Part shown: one piece after another, positions 20,519-30,129 of the stretch
How positions within the stretch are numbered: position 1 is the stretch's first letter
Layout: each line of letters begins with the position of its first letter
DNA from: an uncultured delta proteobacterium
Lineage (GTDB): Bacteria > Desulfobacterota > Binatia > UBA9968
Direction: 5' to 3'
Assembly: GCA_963755715.1 (NCBI GenBank)
Contig: CAVWLW010000059.1
Coordinates: forward strand, 203,910-267,909
Length of the DNA: 64,000 nucleotides
Notes under the pieces: generated by a model
What the model was told of the DNA's origin: nothing
Database searches by the model: none
Seen by the model: the letters and a program-made list of their open reading frames with translations, nothing else
Program-made: the position numbers and the translations under genes

Positions 20519-20851
20519 CTACCAGCGATTACGTCCACCACCGCCACCGCCACCACCGCCACGCCGTTCGCCGCCCCGGTCACCGAAACCGCCGGACCGT
20601 CTCTCTTGCGGCCGGGCTTCGTTCACGGTGAGATTGCGGCCGTCGAGATCCGTGCCATTCAGAGCCTGAATCGCTTTCTGGGCCTCGTCGGAATTCGCCA
20701 TTTCGACAAATCCGAAGCCGCGCGATCGGCCCGTGAACTTATCAGTAATGACTCGGGCCGATTCAACAGCCCCATGCGCCGAAAAGATTTCTTGGAGTTG
20801 CGCATCAGTGGTCGCATACGGCAAGCCACCTACATAAATTTTACTACTCAT
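20519..20851 (-). CDS. RRM RNA-binding protein with Gly-rich tail
   Basis: RNP2 IYVGGL and RNP1 RGFGFVEM motifs. Confidence 0.95.
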   Translation of the reverse strand: MSSKIYVGGLPYATTDAQLQEIFSAHGAVESARVITDKFTGRSRGFGFVEMANSDEAQKAIQALNGTDLDGRNLTVNEARPQERRSGGFGDRGGERRGGGGGGGGGRNRW

Positions 20852-21196
20852 GTCCTCTCCTTTTGAGAATCGTTATCGTCTTTTCCCTGAGAACCTGATC
20901 CCCGCTGGATGCAGAACATGGAAAAGCAAAGACACGCTCTGGTCGGATTGTCCGCGTGGCAACGTATCGCAAGGTAAGACGCCCTAGACCTTCAACTCTA
21001 CAATTTGTCACTATCAGAAGGCCCCATACTGATGTGTGACAAAAAGCTTAGCGTACTTGGCCCTGCCCACGCAACCCCTCCTGCGCAGTCATAGAATTCA
21101 TGAGCGGTAAGCCTGACATACCGGTTGCGCCCGCCGGAGGTTTTGGATAAAGAGGGCTAGTCCAATTCTAGAAACACCTGAAGGAGGAAAGGGAAA

Positions 21197-21958
21197 ATGT
21201 ATCAAACCAACCAATACGAAGGCATGATCGCTGAAACCGTCGCCATGCCGGGACATAAAGGCGAAACGATCAACGCTTATGTCGCCCGGCCGCTCGGCTC
21301 CGGGCCTTTCCCGGGGATGGTCGTCATCCACCACGCCCCAGGCTGGGACGAATGGTATCGTGAATGCACCCGCAGATTCGCCCATCACGGCTATGCAGCC
21401 ATCTCACCGAATCTCTACTTCCGCGATGGCCACGGCACGCCGGAAGACGTGGGCGCTAAAGTGCGCGCCGGCGGCGGTATCCCCGACGAGCAGGTGCTCG
21501 GCGATCTGGATGGCGCCAACAAACTGCTTCGCTCGCTGCCCTACGTCAGCGCCAAAGTCGGCGTCTTCGGCACCTGTTCGGGCGGCCGGCACGGGTTTCT
21601 CGCCGCTTGTCGCTTGAAAAACTTCGACGCGCTGGTCGAGTGCTGGGGCGGCCGCGTGGTTCAATCCAAAGAAGAGCTGACTCCGAAACAGCCGGTCGCG
21701 CCCATCGATTACACCAAAGATCTTCCTTGTCCGATCATCGGTCTATTCGGCAACGACGACAAGTCCCCATCACCGGAACAGGTCAATCAGCACGAAGCGG
21801 AACTTAAAAAGCACGGCAAAAATTACGAATTCCATCGTTACGACGGCGCCGGCCATGGCTTTTTCTATTACGATCGCCCGGCCTATCGTCAGGAGCAGGC
21901 CGTCGACGGTTGGAAAAAGTTGCTCGCCTTCTGTGAGAAGAATCTAAAACAGAGCTAA
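21197..21958 (+). CDS. Dienelactone hydrolase family protein
   Basis: GTCSGG nucleophile motif, FGNDD and AGHGF. Confidence 0.9.
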   Translation: MYQTNQYEGMIAETVAMPGHKGETINAYVARPLGSGPFPGMVVIHHAPGWDEWYRECTRRFAHHGYAAISPNLYFRDGHGTPEDVGAKVRAGGGIPDEQVLGDLDGANKLLRSLPYVSAKVGVFGTCSGGRHGFLAACRLKNFDALVECWGGRVVQSKEELTPKQPVAPIDYTKDLPCPIIGLFGNDDKSPSPEQVNQHEAELKKHGKNYEFHRYDGAGHGFFYYDRPAYRQEQAVDGWKKLLAFCEKNLKQS

Positions 21959-21971
21959 GAGGAGCCGGACT

Positions 21972-22262
21972 ATGTGCACTATGATTGCTCATCAGGCAAA
22001 AATCGAAGGGCGAGGCAAGAACGGCCAGGATTGGTTCGAGTTGCGCGAAGCCAACGTGTCCTACGATCATCCCTACGACCTGCCGCTAGAACACGCGCTC
22101 AATATCGACTTCGTCAACGAAGCCGCCGGACCCGGCGCGCGGGTCGCGGTAGAGCTGAGCGTCGAGGCGGCGCGAAAATTAGTACAAACTATCGAAGCGG
22201 TGCTCGCCCAAGCTGACCAGCGCGGTGTGCTCGAAGACAAACATCAAGCGCCTGCCCGCTAA
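21972..22262 (+). CDS. Conserved hypothetical protein (DUF6295-like)
   Basis: MCTMI..G.GK, YDHP, LEHALNIDF and ARVAVELS motifs; GAGGAG RBS. Confidence 0.65.
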   Translation: MCTMIAHQAKIEGRGKNGQDWFELREANVSYDHPYDLPLEHALNIDFVNEAAGPGARVAVELSVEAARKLVQTIEAVLAQADQRGVLEDKHQAPAR

Positions 22263-22274
22263 TCCAACTTTCAG

Positions 22275-22309
22275 CGTGAGGCGGCTTTTCCAAAAACGCC
22301 GCCTCACGC
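22275..22309 (+). terminator. Stem-loop after the DUF6295-like gene
   Basis: GCGTGAGGCGGC...GCCGCCTCACGC perfect 12-bp stem. Confidence 0.55.
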
Positions 22310-22382
22310 GCACCCCATCGCGTTTTTCTTCCGCACACGCTATAACTACACGTGAAGTTTTGCTCTTTCCGCTTTCACCTCG

Positions 22383-23636
22383 TTGGCTACTTCCAGTGAA
22401 ATAAATTCAAGCTCGAATCAAAAACAGCCCATTCGACCTTGGTCGTCGCTGCTGATTCGCGATTATAGATTGTTGTGGATCGCCAGCGTGCTCAGCTCCC
22501 TTGCCGGCCAGATCCGCAACGTCGCGACCCTTTACCAGGTCTATGACATTTCCGGGTCCGCGTTTAAGCTCGGCTTGACGGGGTTTCTGGAAACCCTGCC
22601 GTTCATCATCTTCGGTCTCTACGCCGGTGCTGTGGCGGACGCCTTTGATCGAAAAAAAATGCTCGTCGCCACGATCTCTCTGCAGATCGTGCCGAATCTG
22701 GTGCTCGGTATTCTCACCCTGACGGGCGCCACGCAGGTCTGGCATATTTACGCGCTCGGCCTGGTCGGCGCTTTTGTCGAAGTGTTCAACTGGCCGGCGC
22801 GCGCCGCGATGATTCCACGCCTGGTGCCGCAGAGTTTGTTGATGAACGCCATGGTCGTCAATACCATGATCCTGCAGACGAGTTTCCTCGTCGGCCCGGC
22901 CATCGGCGGCTTTCTGATCGATCAGGTCGGACTGGCCACCGCGTATTTTGCGAGCACCCTGCTCTTTGTGCCGGCAGCGATCGCGATCCTGTCCGTCAAG
23001 GCATCCGGTAAGATCGAAGGCGCGCGCCGGCGGGTCAACTTCAAAAGTATTATCGAAGGCATCGAGTTCATTTGGATCCAGAGAATTATCCTCTCACTTT
23101 TCCTGCTCGATTTTGCCGTCGTTCTGGTCGGCTTTTACCGGCCGATCCTGCCGATCTTCGCCGCTGACGTCTTCAAAACCGGAGCAGCGGGTCTCGGTTT
23201 GTTATATGCCGCGCCGTCGGCGGGCTCATTGTTGGGTACCACCGTGCTGCTCATGGCGGGCGATGTCCAACGCAAAGGCGTGCTCGTCATCGTCGCCGCG
23301 CTCTTCTTCGCCGCGGGCCTGGCATTACTCGGGATCTCACAATGGTTTTGGATGGCGGTGGTGGCGGTTTTGCTTTTGGGCTTTGCCGACTCGATCAGCG
23401 TCGCCATTCGGCGCACCGTAGTTCAACTTTTGGCGCCGGACGGCATGCTTGGCAGAGCGGCAAGCTTGATCACCGTCTTTGCGCAGACGACGAACGGCTT
23501 AGGAGCGCTGCTCGCGGGCATCACCGCGCAATACATGGGCGCGTCGAACGCCCTGTTAGTCGGCAGCGCGCTCTGCTTCGTGATGATCTTGGGAATTTGC
23601 TTGGCGATCCCGCAACTCTGGCGCTACAGATCGTAG
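22383..23636 (+). CDS. MFS transporter (EntS/MefA-like)
   Basis: About 12 hydrophobic segments; GAVADAFDRKK motif A. Confidence 0.88.
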   Translation: MATSSEINSSSNQKQPIRPWSSLLIRDYRLLWIASVLSSLAGQIRNVATLYQVYDISGSAFKLGLTGFLETLPFIIFGLYAGAVADAFDRKKMLVATISLQIVPNLVLGILTLTGATQVWHIYALGLVGAFVEVFNWPARAAMIPRLVPQSLLMNAMVVNTMILQTSFLVGPAIGGFLIDQVGLATAYFASTLLFVPAAIAILSVKASGKIEGARRRVNFKSIIEGIEFIWIQRIILSLFLLDFAVVLVGFYRPILPIFAADVFKTGAAGLGLLYAAPSAGSLLGTTVLLMAGDVQRKGVLVIVAALFFAAGLALLGISQWFWMAVVAVLLLGFADSISVAIRRTVVQLLAPDGMLGRAASLITVFAQTTNGLGALLAGITAQYMGASNALLVGSALCFVMILGICLAIPQLWRYRS

Positions 23637-23667
23637 AACCTCACCACCAAGGAATGTCCTGAAAAAG

Positions 23668-23695
23668 GTAGGGGCGACCGGCCGGTCGCCCCTAC
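23668..23695. repeat. GTAG-type REP palindrome
   Basis: GTAGGGGCGACCGGCCGGTCGCCCCTAC. Confidence 0.8.
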
Positions 23696-23726
23696 AAAAG
23701 AATCTTGCCTATTTGCGGTGATGCTC

Positions 23727-25337
23727 TCAGCGCACTTTGACCCGTGCGGCCTTGAGCTTCTCGCCGGTCTCGAAGTGACGCCCTTGCACGGCGAGCTCGG
23801 CCTCGTGATCGAGCTCTTCGCTCCACTGACCGAGCGAATAGCCGAACCATGGCATCTGCGGTCGGAGCTTGGGCAGCTCGAGCTCTTCCCAAATCTTCTT
23901 GGCGTTTTCCATAAACTCGCGCTTCGGCAGCGACACCGGCGGGAACGGCTCCTTGAGAATCGCGTTGCAGAGCATCGCCGATTCGTCCGCGGGCAAATGG
24001 TAGGACACCACGTCCGTTCCTTTGGTCTCGTGCTCATAGAGAAACGGTGGAGCGTGGCCCTTTTCCATGCCGGGAAAGATCTGCACGTCCTTGTGCGGCT
24101 TCATCCGGTAGCACATGGCCCAGAAAACCGCCGCCTCATTCGACGGATCGATGTCTTCGTCGACGGCAACGACGATCTTACCGACGCCCGGATGAAAGGA
24201 GCAGGCCGCGTGCAGCGCGCGCCACACTTCCGCTTCGTTGGGCCGGCGCATCTGGATGATCACCAATTTGTAGGTATTGGTCAGCGGCTCGTGCATCTCC
24301 ACGCGCAGCACACTGGTGATGCGGCATTCATCGCGCAGATGGACCAACATGAGCCGGTCGTAGCCGATTTTTCGAATGACCGACGATTCACTCGGCGTCA
24401 ATTGGCTGAGCCACGACGTGTAAATCGCGTCCTTACGATGTGTGATCGCGGTCACGTCCATGAAGGGATTTAGTTGGCGCGGATGCATGTAGCCATGCGA
24501 TTCGCCGAACGGTCCTTCGGGCTCGATGTATTCCGTATTCAGATAACCTTCGATGACGATCTCGGCGTCCGCCGGCACCATGATATCGATGGTCTTGCAT
24601 TTGACCATCGGGATCGGCTCGCCAGCCAAGCCGCCGGCCACACCCATTTCATCGACGCCGTAAGGAATCTTTTGCACGGAAACATACGATACGATCGGCG
24701 GCGCGCCGACGACGAGGGCGGCGGGGAGATGAACCCCCTTCTCCTGCGCCTTTTTCCAGTGCAGATAAACATCCTGCCCCAAACCGGAAGGAAACACGCC
24801 GACCCGCCGGCGCGCCTTGATCTCACCGCGGTAGTTGCCGATGTTTTGAATACCGGTATCGAGATCCGCCGTGATCCAGTGCGAACAGGTCGTGTACGGA
24901 CCGTTGTCAAATCCCGGCGTGGAAATCGGCACCGGGAATCGATCCAGACCATTGCCTTCTTTGTCCAACTCGTCGCCCAAGATCACTACATCCTGGCATT
25001 TCGCTTTACTCACAGCGATGGGATTAATCGGCTCCGCCAAAGCTTTTTTCCAGCGCGCATCCATCTCCTCGGCGCTGTTACAACCCATACCGAGATAATA
25101 GATCTCAGGCTTCCCCGCCAGGGCGCCGACGACAACGGGCATGGTATAATGTTTACCCTTCGCGTCGGTCACGTTCTCGAAGAGCCACGCTCTGCGATCC
25201 TCTTCAGGTAAGCCGCGATACTGCCAGCGCACCAACGGATGCAGTTCCGTGTCTTTGTTGATGGGGCGCGTGATGCGCCGCAAGAGCCCATGTTCTTCGA
25301 GATTCTTTAGATGCTGATGCAAATCGAAATACGGCAT
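23727..25337 (-). CDS. UbiD-family (prFMN-dependent) decarboxylase
   Basis: NIGNYR, PADAEIVIEG, EPEGPFGE and VAVDEDIDP motifs. Confidence 0.92.
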   Translation of the reverse strand: MPYFDLHQHLKNLEEHGLLRRITRPINKDTELHPLVRWQYRGLPEEDRRAWLFENVTDAKGKHYTMPVVVGALAGKPEIYYLGMGCNSAEEMDARWKKALAEPINPIAVSKAKCQDVVILGDELDKEGNGLDRFPVPISTPGFDNGPYTTCSHWITADLDTGIQNIGNYRGEIKARRRVGVFPSGLGQDVYLHWKKAQEKGVHLPAALVVGAPPIVSYVSVQKIPYGVDEMGVAGGLAGEPIPMVKCKTIDIMVPADAEIVIEGYLNTEYIEPEGPFGESHGYMHPRQLNPFMDVTAITHRKDAIYTSWLSQLTPSESSVIRKIGYDRLMLVHLRDECRITSVLRVEMHEPLTNTYKLVIIQMRRPNEAEVWRALHAACSFHPGVGKIVVAVDEDIDPSNEAAVFWAMCYRMKPHKDVQIFPGMEKGHAPPFLYEHETKGTDVVSYHLPADESAMLCNAILKEPFPPVSLPKREFMENAKKIWEELELPKLRPQMPWFGYSLGQWSEELDHEAELAVQGRHFETGEKLKAARVKVR

Positions 25338-25414
25338 ACTGTCGCTTTCTCCTATTTTCAAACAATCTGAATCAAATATCCGATCGGTTTCCGCAGGTCA
25401 ACAACGCGGAGCAA

Positions 25415-25532
25415 TAGTGCTGGTTCATTTTGGGCAAATTTTTTGTAGGGGCGAACCCTATGGGGTCGCCCGTCCGAGAGGGACGGACACACAGGTCCGC
25501 CCCTACACAAGACAAAAGCCAATTCAGCTCTA
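25415..25532. repeat. GTAG REP doublet (25445-25506) within weak TAG-ended inverted repeats
   Basis: GTAGGGGCGAACC...GGTCCGCCCCTAC; outer TAGTGCTG / CAGCTCTA. Confidence 0.65.
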
Positions 25533-25545
25533 GATTGCTTTGGCT

Positions 25546-26586
25546 TTACGACTGCTTGCCGTACTTGCTGGCAAGTTGATTAAAAAAACCTTCACGATCG
25601 AGATCGGCGAGCAATGACTTGTCGACAAAGTCGGCGGCCTTTTTGCCGCGAAACTCCGCCACGGTTGTCGTCAGATTTTCCATTTCCGCTTGAATGACTT
25701 CTTCCATCGGATAAGGTTTGAGCGGCAGCGCGTCGACCACGTAGTTTTTGTGCAGGGTCTCCAGCCGCCGTGGATCCTGCTCGCGCATGTGCTTACGAAA
25801 ACTCGCCAGCGCGACATTTTTGTTGGCTTTGCCGAGCCAGATCGCTTCGCAGTACGCCATCATGAAGCCGCGCGCGCGCTGGCGCTGGTTTTTGAGAAAA
25901 TCGCGCTTGGCCGAGAGATCGCTGGCGCTTGTGTAAATACCCAAATCTTTCAAATCCGAAAGCACCGAGAGCTTCAAATTCTTCTGTTCCGCCTCGAACA
26001 AATTATCCGGACTGACCAGCGTTGCATCGATCTTGCCCTGGAGCATGACCATGATCCGCTTATTCGATTCGGCGAGTCCCGTGGCGAGGATTTGAATGTC
26101 CTTGCCGGGCGTAAAGCCGAGCTTCGTCAGCGCCCGTCGCGTGGCAAACTCGATGGTGGTTCCCGGCCGGCTGATGCCAACAGTCTTGCCGCGCAGTTCT
26201 TGAACCGATGTGATCGACGGATGAGCCGCCAGCTTCCAAGCCGACGGACCGAACGTGCCGATAATCGCAAACGGCAAACCTTTGGCGGCCGAAACCATCG
26301 TCGTCGAGCCCGGCGCGCCCAATATTTCCACATCGCCGCTCGCCAATGCGCCGATGGCAGCGGTGCCGGCGGCGATAACGACCAAATTGACGTTGAGCCC
26401 ATTCTTCTCGAAGAGCCCGGCATCCTTGGCGATCCATAATGGAATCCGGCTGCCGGTGACCGACGCGTAGGAGACGTTGAGCGTTTCGAGCTGCTGCGCT
26501 AGGCTCGGACTGGCAGCCGCGCTGACGAGCGCAAAGGCAAGGAGGATCGCGTACGGCAGATGTCGAAAGCAACTCATAGGTTGCAC
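25546..26586 (-). CDS. ABC substrate-binding protein NitT/TauT family
   Basis: Signal peptide; PLWIAKDAGLFEKNGL and LRGKTVGI motifs. Confidence 0.9.
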   Translation of the reverse strand: MQPMSCFRHLPYAILLAFALVSAAASPSLAQQLETLNVSYASVTGSRIPLWIAKDAGLFEKNGLNVNLVVIAAGTAAIGALASGDVEILGAPGSTTMVSAAKGLPFAIIGTFGPSAWKLAAHPSITSVQELRGKTVGISRPGTTIEFATRRALTKLGFTPGKDIQILATGLAESNKRIMVMLQGKIDATLVSPDNLFEAEQKNLKLSVLSDLKDLGIYTSASDLSAKRDFLKNQRQRARGFMMAYCEAIWLGKANKNVALASFRKHMREQDPRRLETLHKNYVVDALPLKPYPMEEVIQAEMENLTTTVAEFRGKKAADFVDKSLLADLDREGFFNQLASKYGKQS

Positions 26587-26595
26587 TGATTATAT

Positions 26596-27358
26596 TTAGT
26601 TCTCGGCAAGGACAAAGTAGCGATAAATAATATCGTGCCGCGTCTCCTGATTATCCCAACGGAAGCGCGCCGCAGCGAGTGCTCTTTCTTGCAGGTCGGC
26701 GCTGACGCAATATTTTTTTAAGATCGCCTCGTTGATGTCGCCGTGCTCGTCATTGGCGTCACTATGCACGTGATAAAACAGCAACGCATCCTCAGGAATG
26801 CCGTAATGCCGTCAGCAGCGCCTCGCCTTCATTCAATAACCCATCTTCTTTGTGCTCCGCCTTTGGCGTGTACCGTTTCCACATGCGCCCTTCGGTCGCA
26901 TACGTGGCGGCTACGCCCTCGAGCCAGCTTTGCTGTTTGGCAAAATTGAAAACAGCATCAACTGTGTAACGATAAACTGGCAAAACGTCCGCGAAGCTCT
27001 GCATCAAGTCGCGCGGAATGCCGAGCGCATCGGAAATCTTAAGCCACATCTCATAATGCGGTCCGAGCTGCCCGCCGGCCACGTCCTGCCCTTCTTCGTC
27101 AATATATTTTCGCAGCAGCATGCGGCGCGCCTCGGAGATCGGGCAGTTGGCGATCACCTGAGCATCTTTGCGGTTGATGTTAGCGAGAAAGTAGTAACGG
27201 TTCTTCACGTACTCGATCAGCGCATGACGCGAAACCTTGCCTTCGCTCAGCGCGATCCGCCAAGGGTGGGGCTGCTTGATGCGCCCTTCGCGCACGTAGC
27301 GACGACGCTCTTGCCAAATCGCTGCGATGAATTCTTCCGCCGACAGGACTGAGCTCAT
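26596..27358 (-). CDS. PqqC/TenA/CADD-like heme-oxygenase-fold protein (frameshift near 26790)
   Basis: HPW, NRYYF..INRKDA..IANCP, DEEG..PH..W and ATEG; C-terminal FYHVHSDANDEH in the next frame. Confidence 0.75.
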
Positions 27359-27405
27359 TTCATTCACCAACACTTCACTAGCCTCTTATTCCAACGTCTC
27401 ACTCA

Positions 27406-28408
27406 TCAATACAGACTTTTGAAAAAGCCGCTGTCCTCAAATCGTTTGCAAAAGCTGAGATCCAACTGGTCGTCGGCTTTCAACTGCGCAGCTTTCGCGT
27501 TGATCCCATGTTGCGCCATCAGCTTGATCACCGCGTTCATGCCCTTCGATCGACGGACAAGGTTTTCTCGGCAGCGCACCGACCAAACCCTGATAAGCCT
27601 TCTCCATCTGGTCCGGCTTGCTCAATCGCAAGTTGCGACCGAGGCTTTTGAGCACGATTTCCTTGTTAGCCGGCTTATGGATAAAAGCCACGCCCTCGAC
27701 CGTCGCCTTGGCGATAGTCTCGATGAGCAGCGGGTTGCTTTTGATCAGACTGCGCGACACCACCAGCCCCGAGGATTGGAACTCAACGTTTTCTTTACCT
27801 AGGTCGACCAACACGCGATAGCCTTCGCCGAGCACCTGTTGGCCGATTTCCGGAGACAGGCTGGTCGCGTCGACAGTGCCGGAACGCAAAGCCGCCATGC
27901 GCTCTGGGACACCGCCGACACCGAGCAGCACAATATTGTCGCGCCGCGGCACCAATCCAAGATGATCCAAGGCGACATAGGTCGCTAACGACGCGGAACC
28001 GGCCGGCGTGCCGATCCCGACTTTCTTGCCCTTGAGATCTTCGCCGCTTTTGATCGTTGGCTTGGCGAGAAACAGATAATCGAGCCGGTTTTCCAAGCCG
28101 AGAATCATGGAGAAATCACCACCTCCGGTATTGGCGTTGACCACATGCGTTCCACCGACAAAACCGACGGGAACTTGACCCGCCAACATCGCCTGCATCG
28201 CCCGCCCCGCGATGATAAAAACTAATTCAGCCTCAATGCCGTACTTGCGAAAAATTCCTTGCTCTTTGGCGATCCACAGCGGCTCGACGTTGTTGCTAAT
28301 CGCGCCATGAGCGATCAATACTTTCGTCGGCTCGGCAGCGTGCAATAAAACCACGAGTCCTGTCGATAAATAGAGCGCTGAAGCAATGCCAATAACGATA
28401 CTTTTCAT
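27406..28408 (-). CDS. ABC substrate-binding protein NitT/TauT family (frameshift near 27545)
   Basis: PLWIAKEQGIFRKYG and LKGKKVGI; C-terminus DSGFFKSLY in the shifted frame. Confidence 0.88.
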
Positions 28409-28642
28409 GTCTCACCGCAAAAATGGATCATATTGTTTTCCTTAAATCTGCGCGCTTCGAAGGGAGCCGTCGCGTGAGGTACCGCCGCCCGACGCAGAAG
28501 GGTCGTTCGAGCCGCCATCGTCACCGGCGAGCGCTTTAACGAAACTCGTCGGTTAACGCAGCACAAGAAGATTTTTTACCGTTTCGGTAGATACGCTACC
28601 GGGCGGTTCAGCAGTCAAGAAATACTTCTTCCAACCTTTTTT

Positions 28643-29008
28643 CTAGGACTTCCAGCCATGCACTGTCACATCAACCATCTGCCCTGCGGGATCGTGCACG
28701 CCCATTTCGGCGAAGCGGCCATCGCGCGGTTTCGTATCCGCCTGGCTTTTCGCCCCGGCGACTTGCGCGGTTTGGAGCGTCTCTTCCATGTTCTCCACTT
28801 GAAAACCGAAATGGTCGATCCCTTCACGCCCGCCGCGTGCCGGCAGGACCGCCATGTTGATGTAGCCGTCCGTGAGATAGATCGCGCGATTGCCGTCATC
28901 GCGTACCGGGCCGCGCCATGCTTCGGTCATGCCGAAAGTCTTTTTATAAAACTCCGCGGTTTTTTCCTGATCTTCCACCTTGATCGCGATATGCCTGATC
29001 TTTGCCAT
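28643..29008 (-). CDS. VOC/glyoxalase family protein
   Basis: IRHIAI, GIDHFGFQV and HDPAG motifs. Confidence 0.88.
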   Translation of the reverse strand: MAKIRHIAIKVEDQEKTAEFYKKTFGMTEAWRGPVRDDGNRAIYLTDGYINMAVLPARGGREGIDHFGFQVENMEETLQTAQVAGAKSQADTKPRDGRFAEMGVHDPAGQMVDVTVHGWKS

Positions 29009-29024
29009 GACTCATTCCTCCTTT

Positions 29025-30011
29025 TTATTTATACAGTTTGTCGATAAAGCCGCTCTTTTTGATCTCGTCGAGAATGCTGTTGTTGATATACCCAGCCGGC
29101 AGTTGCTGACTGGCCGTGCCCATCATTTCCATCTCCGCGCGCAGCGCGTCTTCGTCGGGATAAGGCACCTGCTTGATAATCGGCCGCAGGTCGTCGCACC
29201 ACATCGTAATATCTTCCTCGCTCACGCCGCGCATGTATTTTTGCAGGATGCGCGCTGTGCCGGCCTTGTTCGTCTGGAAGTAATGCACCGTTTCGAGGTA
29301 AGCCCGCATGAAGCGCATCACCGCGCCGCGGTCGGCTTTGAGTTTGCGCTCGGTGGTCGTGATCGGCGCGTCGACGCCGCGAAAGCCCATTTCGCGCGCG
29401 CTCGCGCCCTTCAACGGCTTGGCCCTGCCGCGAAATACCAGCAACATGCCGGAGTCGCCAAGCACGCCAACTTCGATCCGTCCTGATTCCAAGCCCTGGG
29501 CGACACCGGGCGTGCCGCCCATTTGTAAGATCGTCACTTCGGATTCTTTGATGCCGCTCTTGCGCAACGCACCGCGTAAGAAAGTATCGCCACCAGAGCC
29601 GTATTGAGTCACGCCGACCACCTTGCCTTTGAGATCCTTAAAATTGTTCAAGGTGGAATCAGGTCGAACAAAGACGCGCTGGGCTGAGGAATTGGCGAGA
29701 GTCGAAAGAACGACCACGTCCGCGCCCTGGGCGCGCGCTCGGAGCGACGCCGGCGCGCCGGCGGCGACGTAATCCAGATCGCCGGCGAGCAGCGCTTGGA
29801 TCGTCCGCGGCGTGCCGGGAATCAGCAGCACCTCGGCCGTGAAGCCATACTTCGCCAGCATGCCTGAATCCTTCGCCAGCAGCATCATGCTCTGCGCCGG
29901 ATTGACGGCGACATGGGCGAGCATCAGTTTCTGCGCGAACGCTGGGAAGGCGAATGTGCCGCTACCAGAATACAAAGTATGATGCGCCGCAAATGTTGCA
30001 CGACCCTCCAT
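29025..30011 (-). CDS. ABC substrate-binding protein NitT/TauT family (N-terminus uncertain)
   Basis: ALLAGDLD, LKGKVVGVT and KSGFIDKLYK motifs. Confidence 0.88.
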   Translation of the reverse strand: MEGRATFAAHHTLYSGSGTFAFPAFAQKLMLAHVAVNPAQSMMLLAKDSGMLAKYGFTAEVLLIPGTPRTIQALLAGDLDYVAAGAPASLRARAQGADVVVLSTLANSSAQRVFVRPDSTLNNFKDLKGKVVGVTQYGSGGDTFLRGALRKSGIKESEVTILQMGGTPGVAQGLESGRIEVGVLGDSGMLLVFRGRAKPLKGASAREMGFRGVDAPITTTERKLKADRGAVMRFMRAYLETVHYFQTNKAGTARILQKYMRGVSEEDITMWCDDLRPIIKQVPYPDEDALRAEMEMMGTASQQLPAGYINNSILDEIKKSGFIDKLYK

Positions 30012-30129
30012 TTACTTCTCCGACCGTTTTCTGTCAACTAGACCGCTTCTTAAGCCGCTCCGCGCTTGACCCAAGGGGCATACCTGTCATACGAAGTATC
30101 TGCCGTTATATTTAAAAGGAGGAATTTTT

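Noticed and set aside
20885-20925. TPP riboswitch (CTGAGA, ACCTGATC)
   Set aside because: The motifs are adjacent without the P2-P5 scaffold and lie antisense in the leader of the RRM gene
23718-25211. Long antisense ORFs (e.g. 23718-24473, 24474-25211, 46759-47895)
   Set aside because: Shadow frames of GC-rich genes on the opposite strand, with no recognisable motifs
26596-27358. PQQ biosynthesis operon
   Set aside because: No pqqA, pqqB, pqqD or pqqE, and the C-terminal motif is CADD-like
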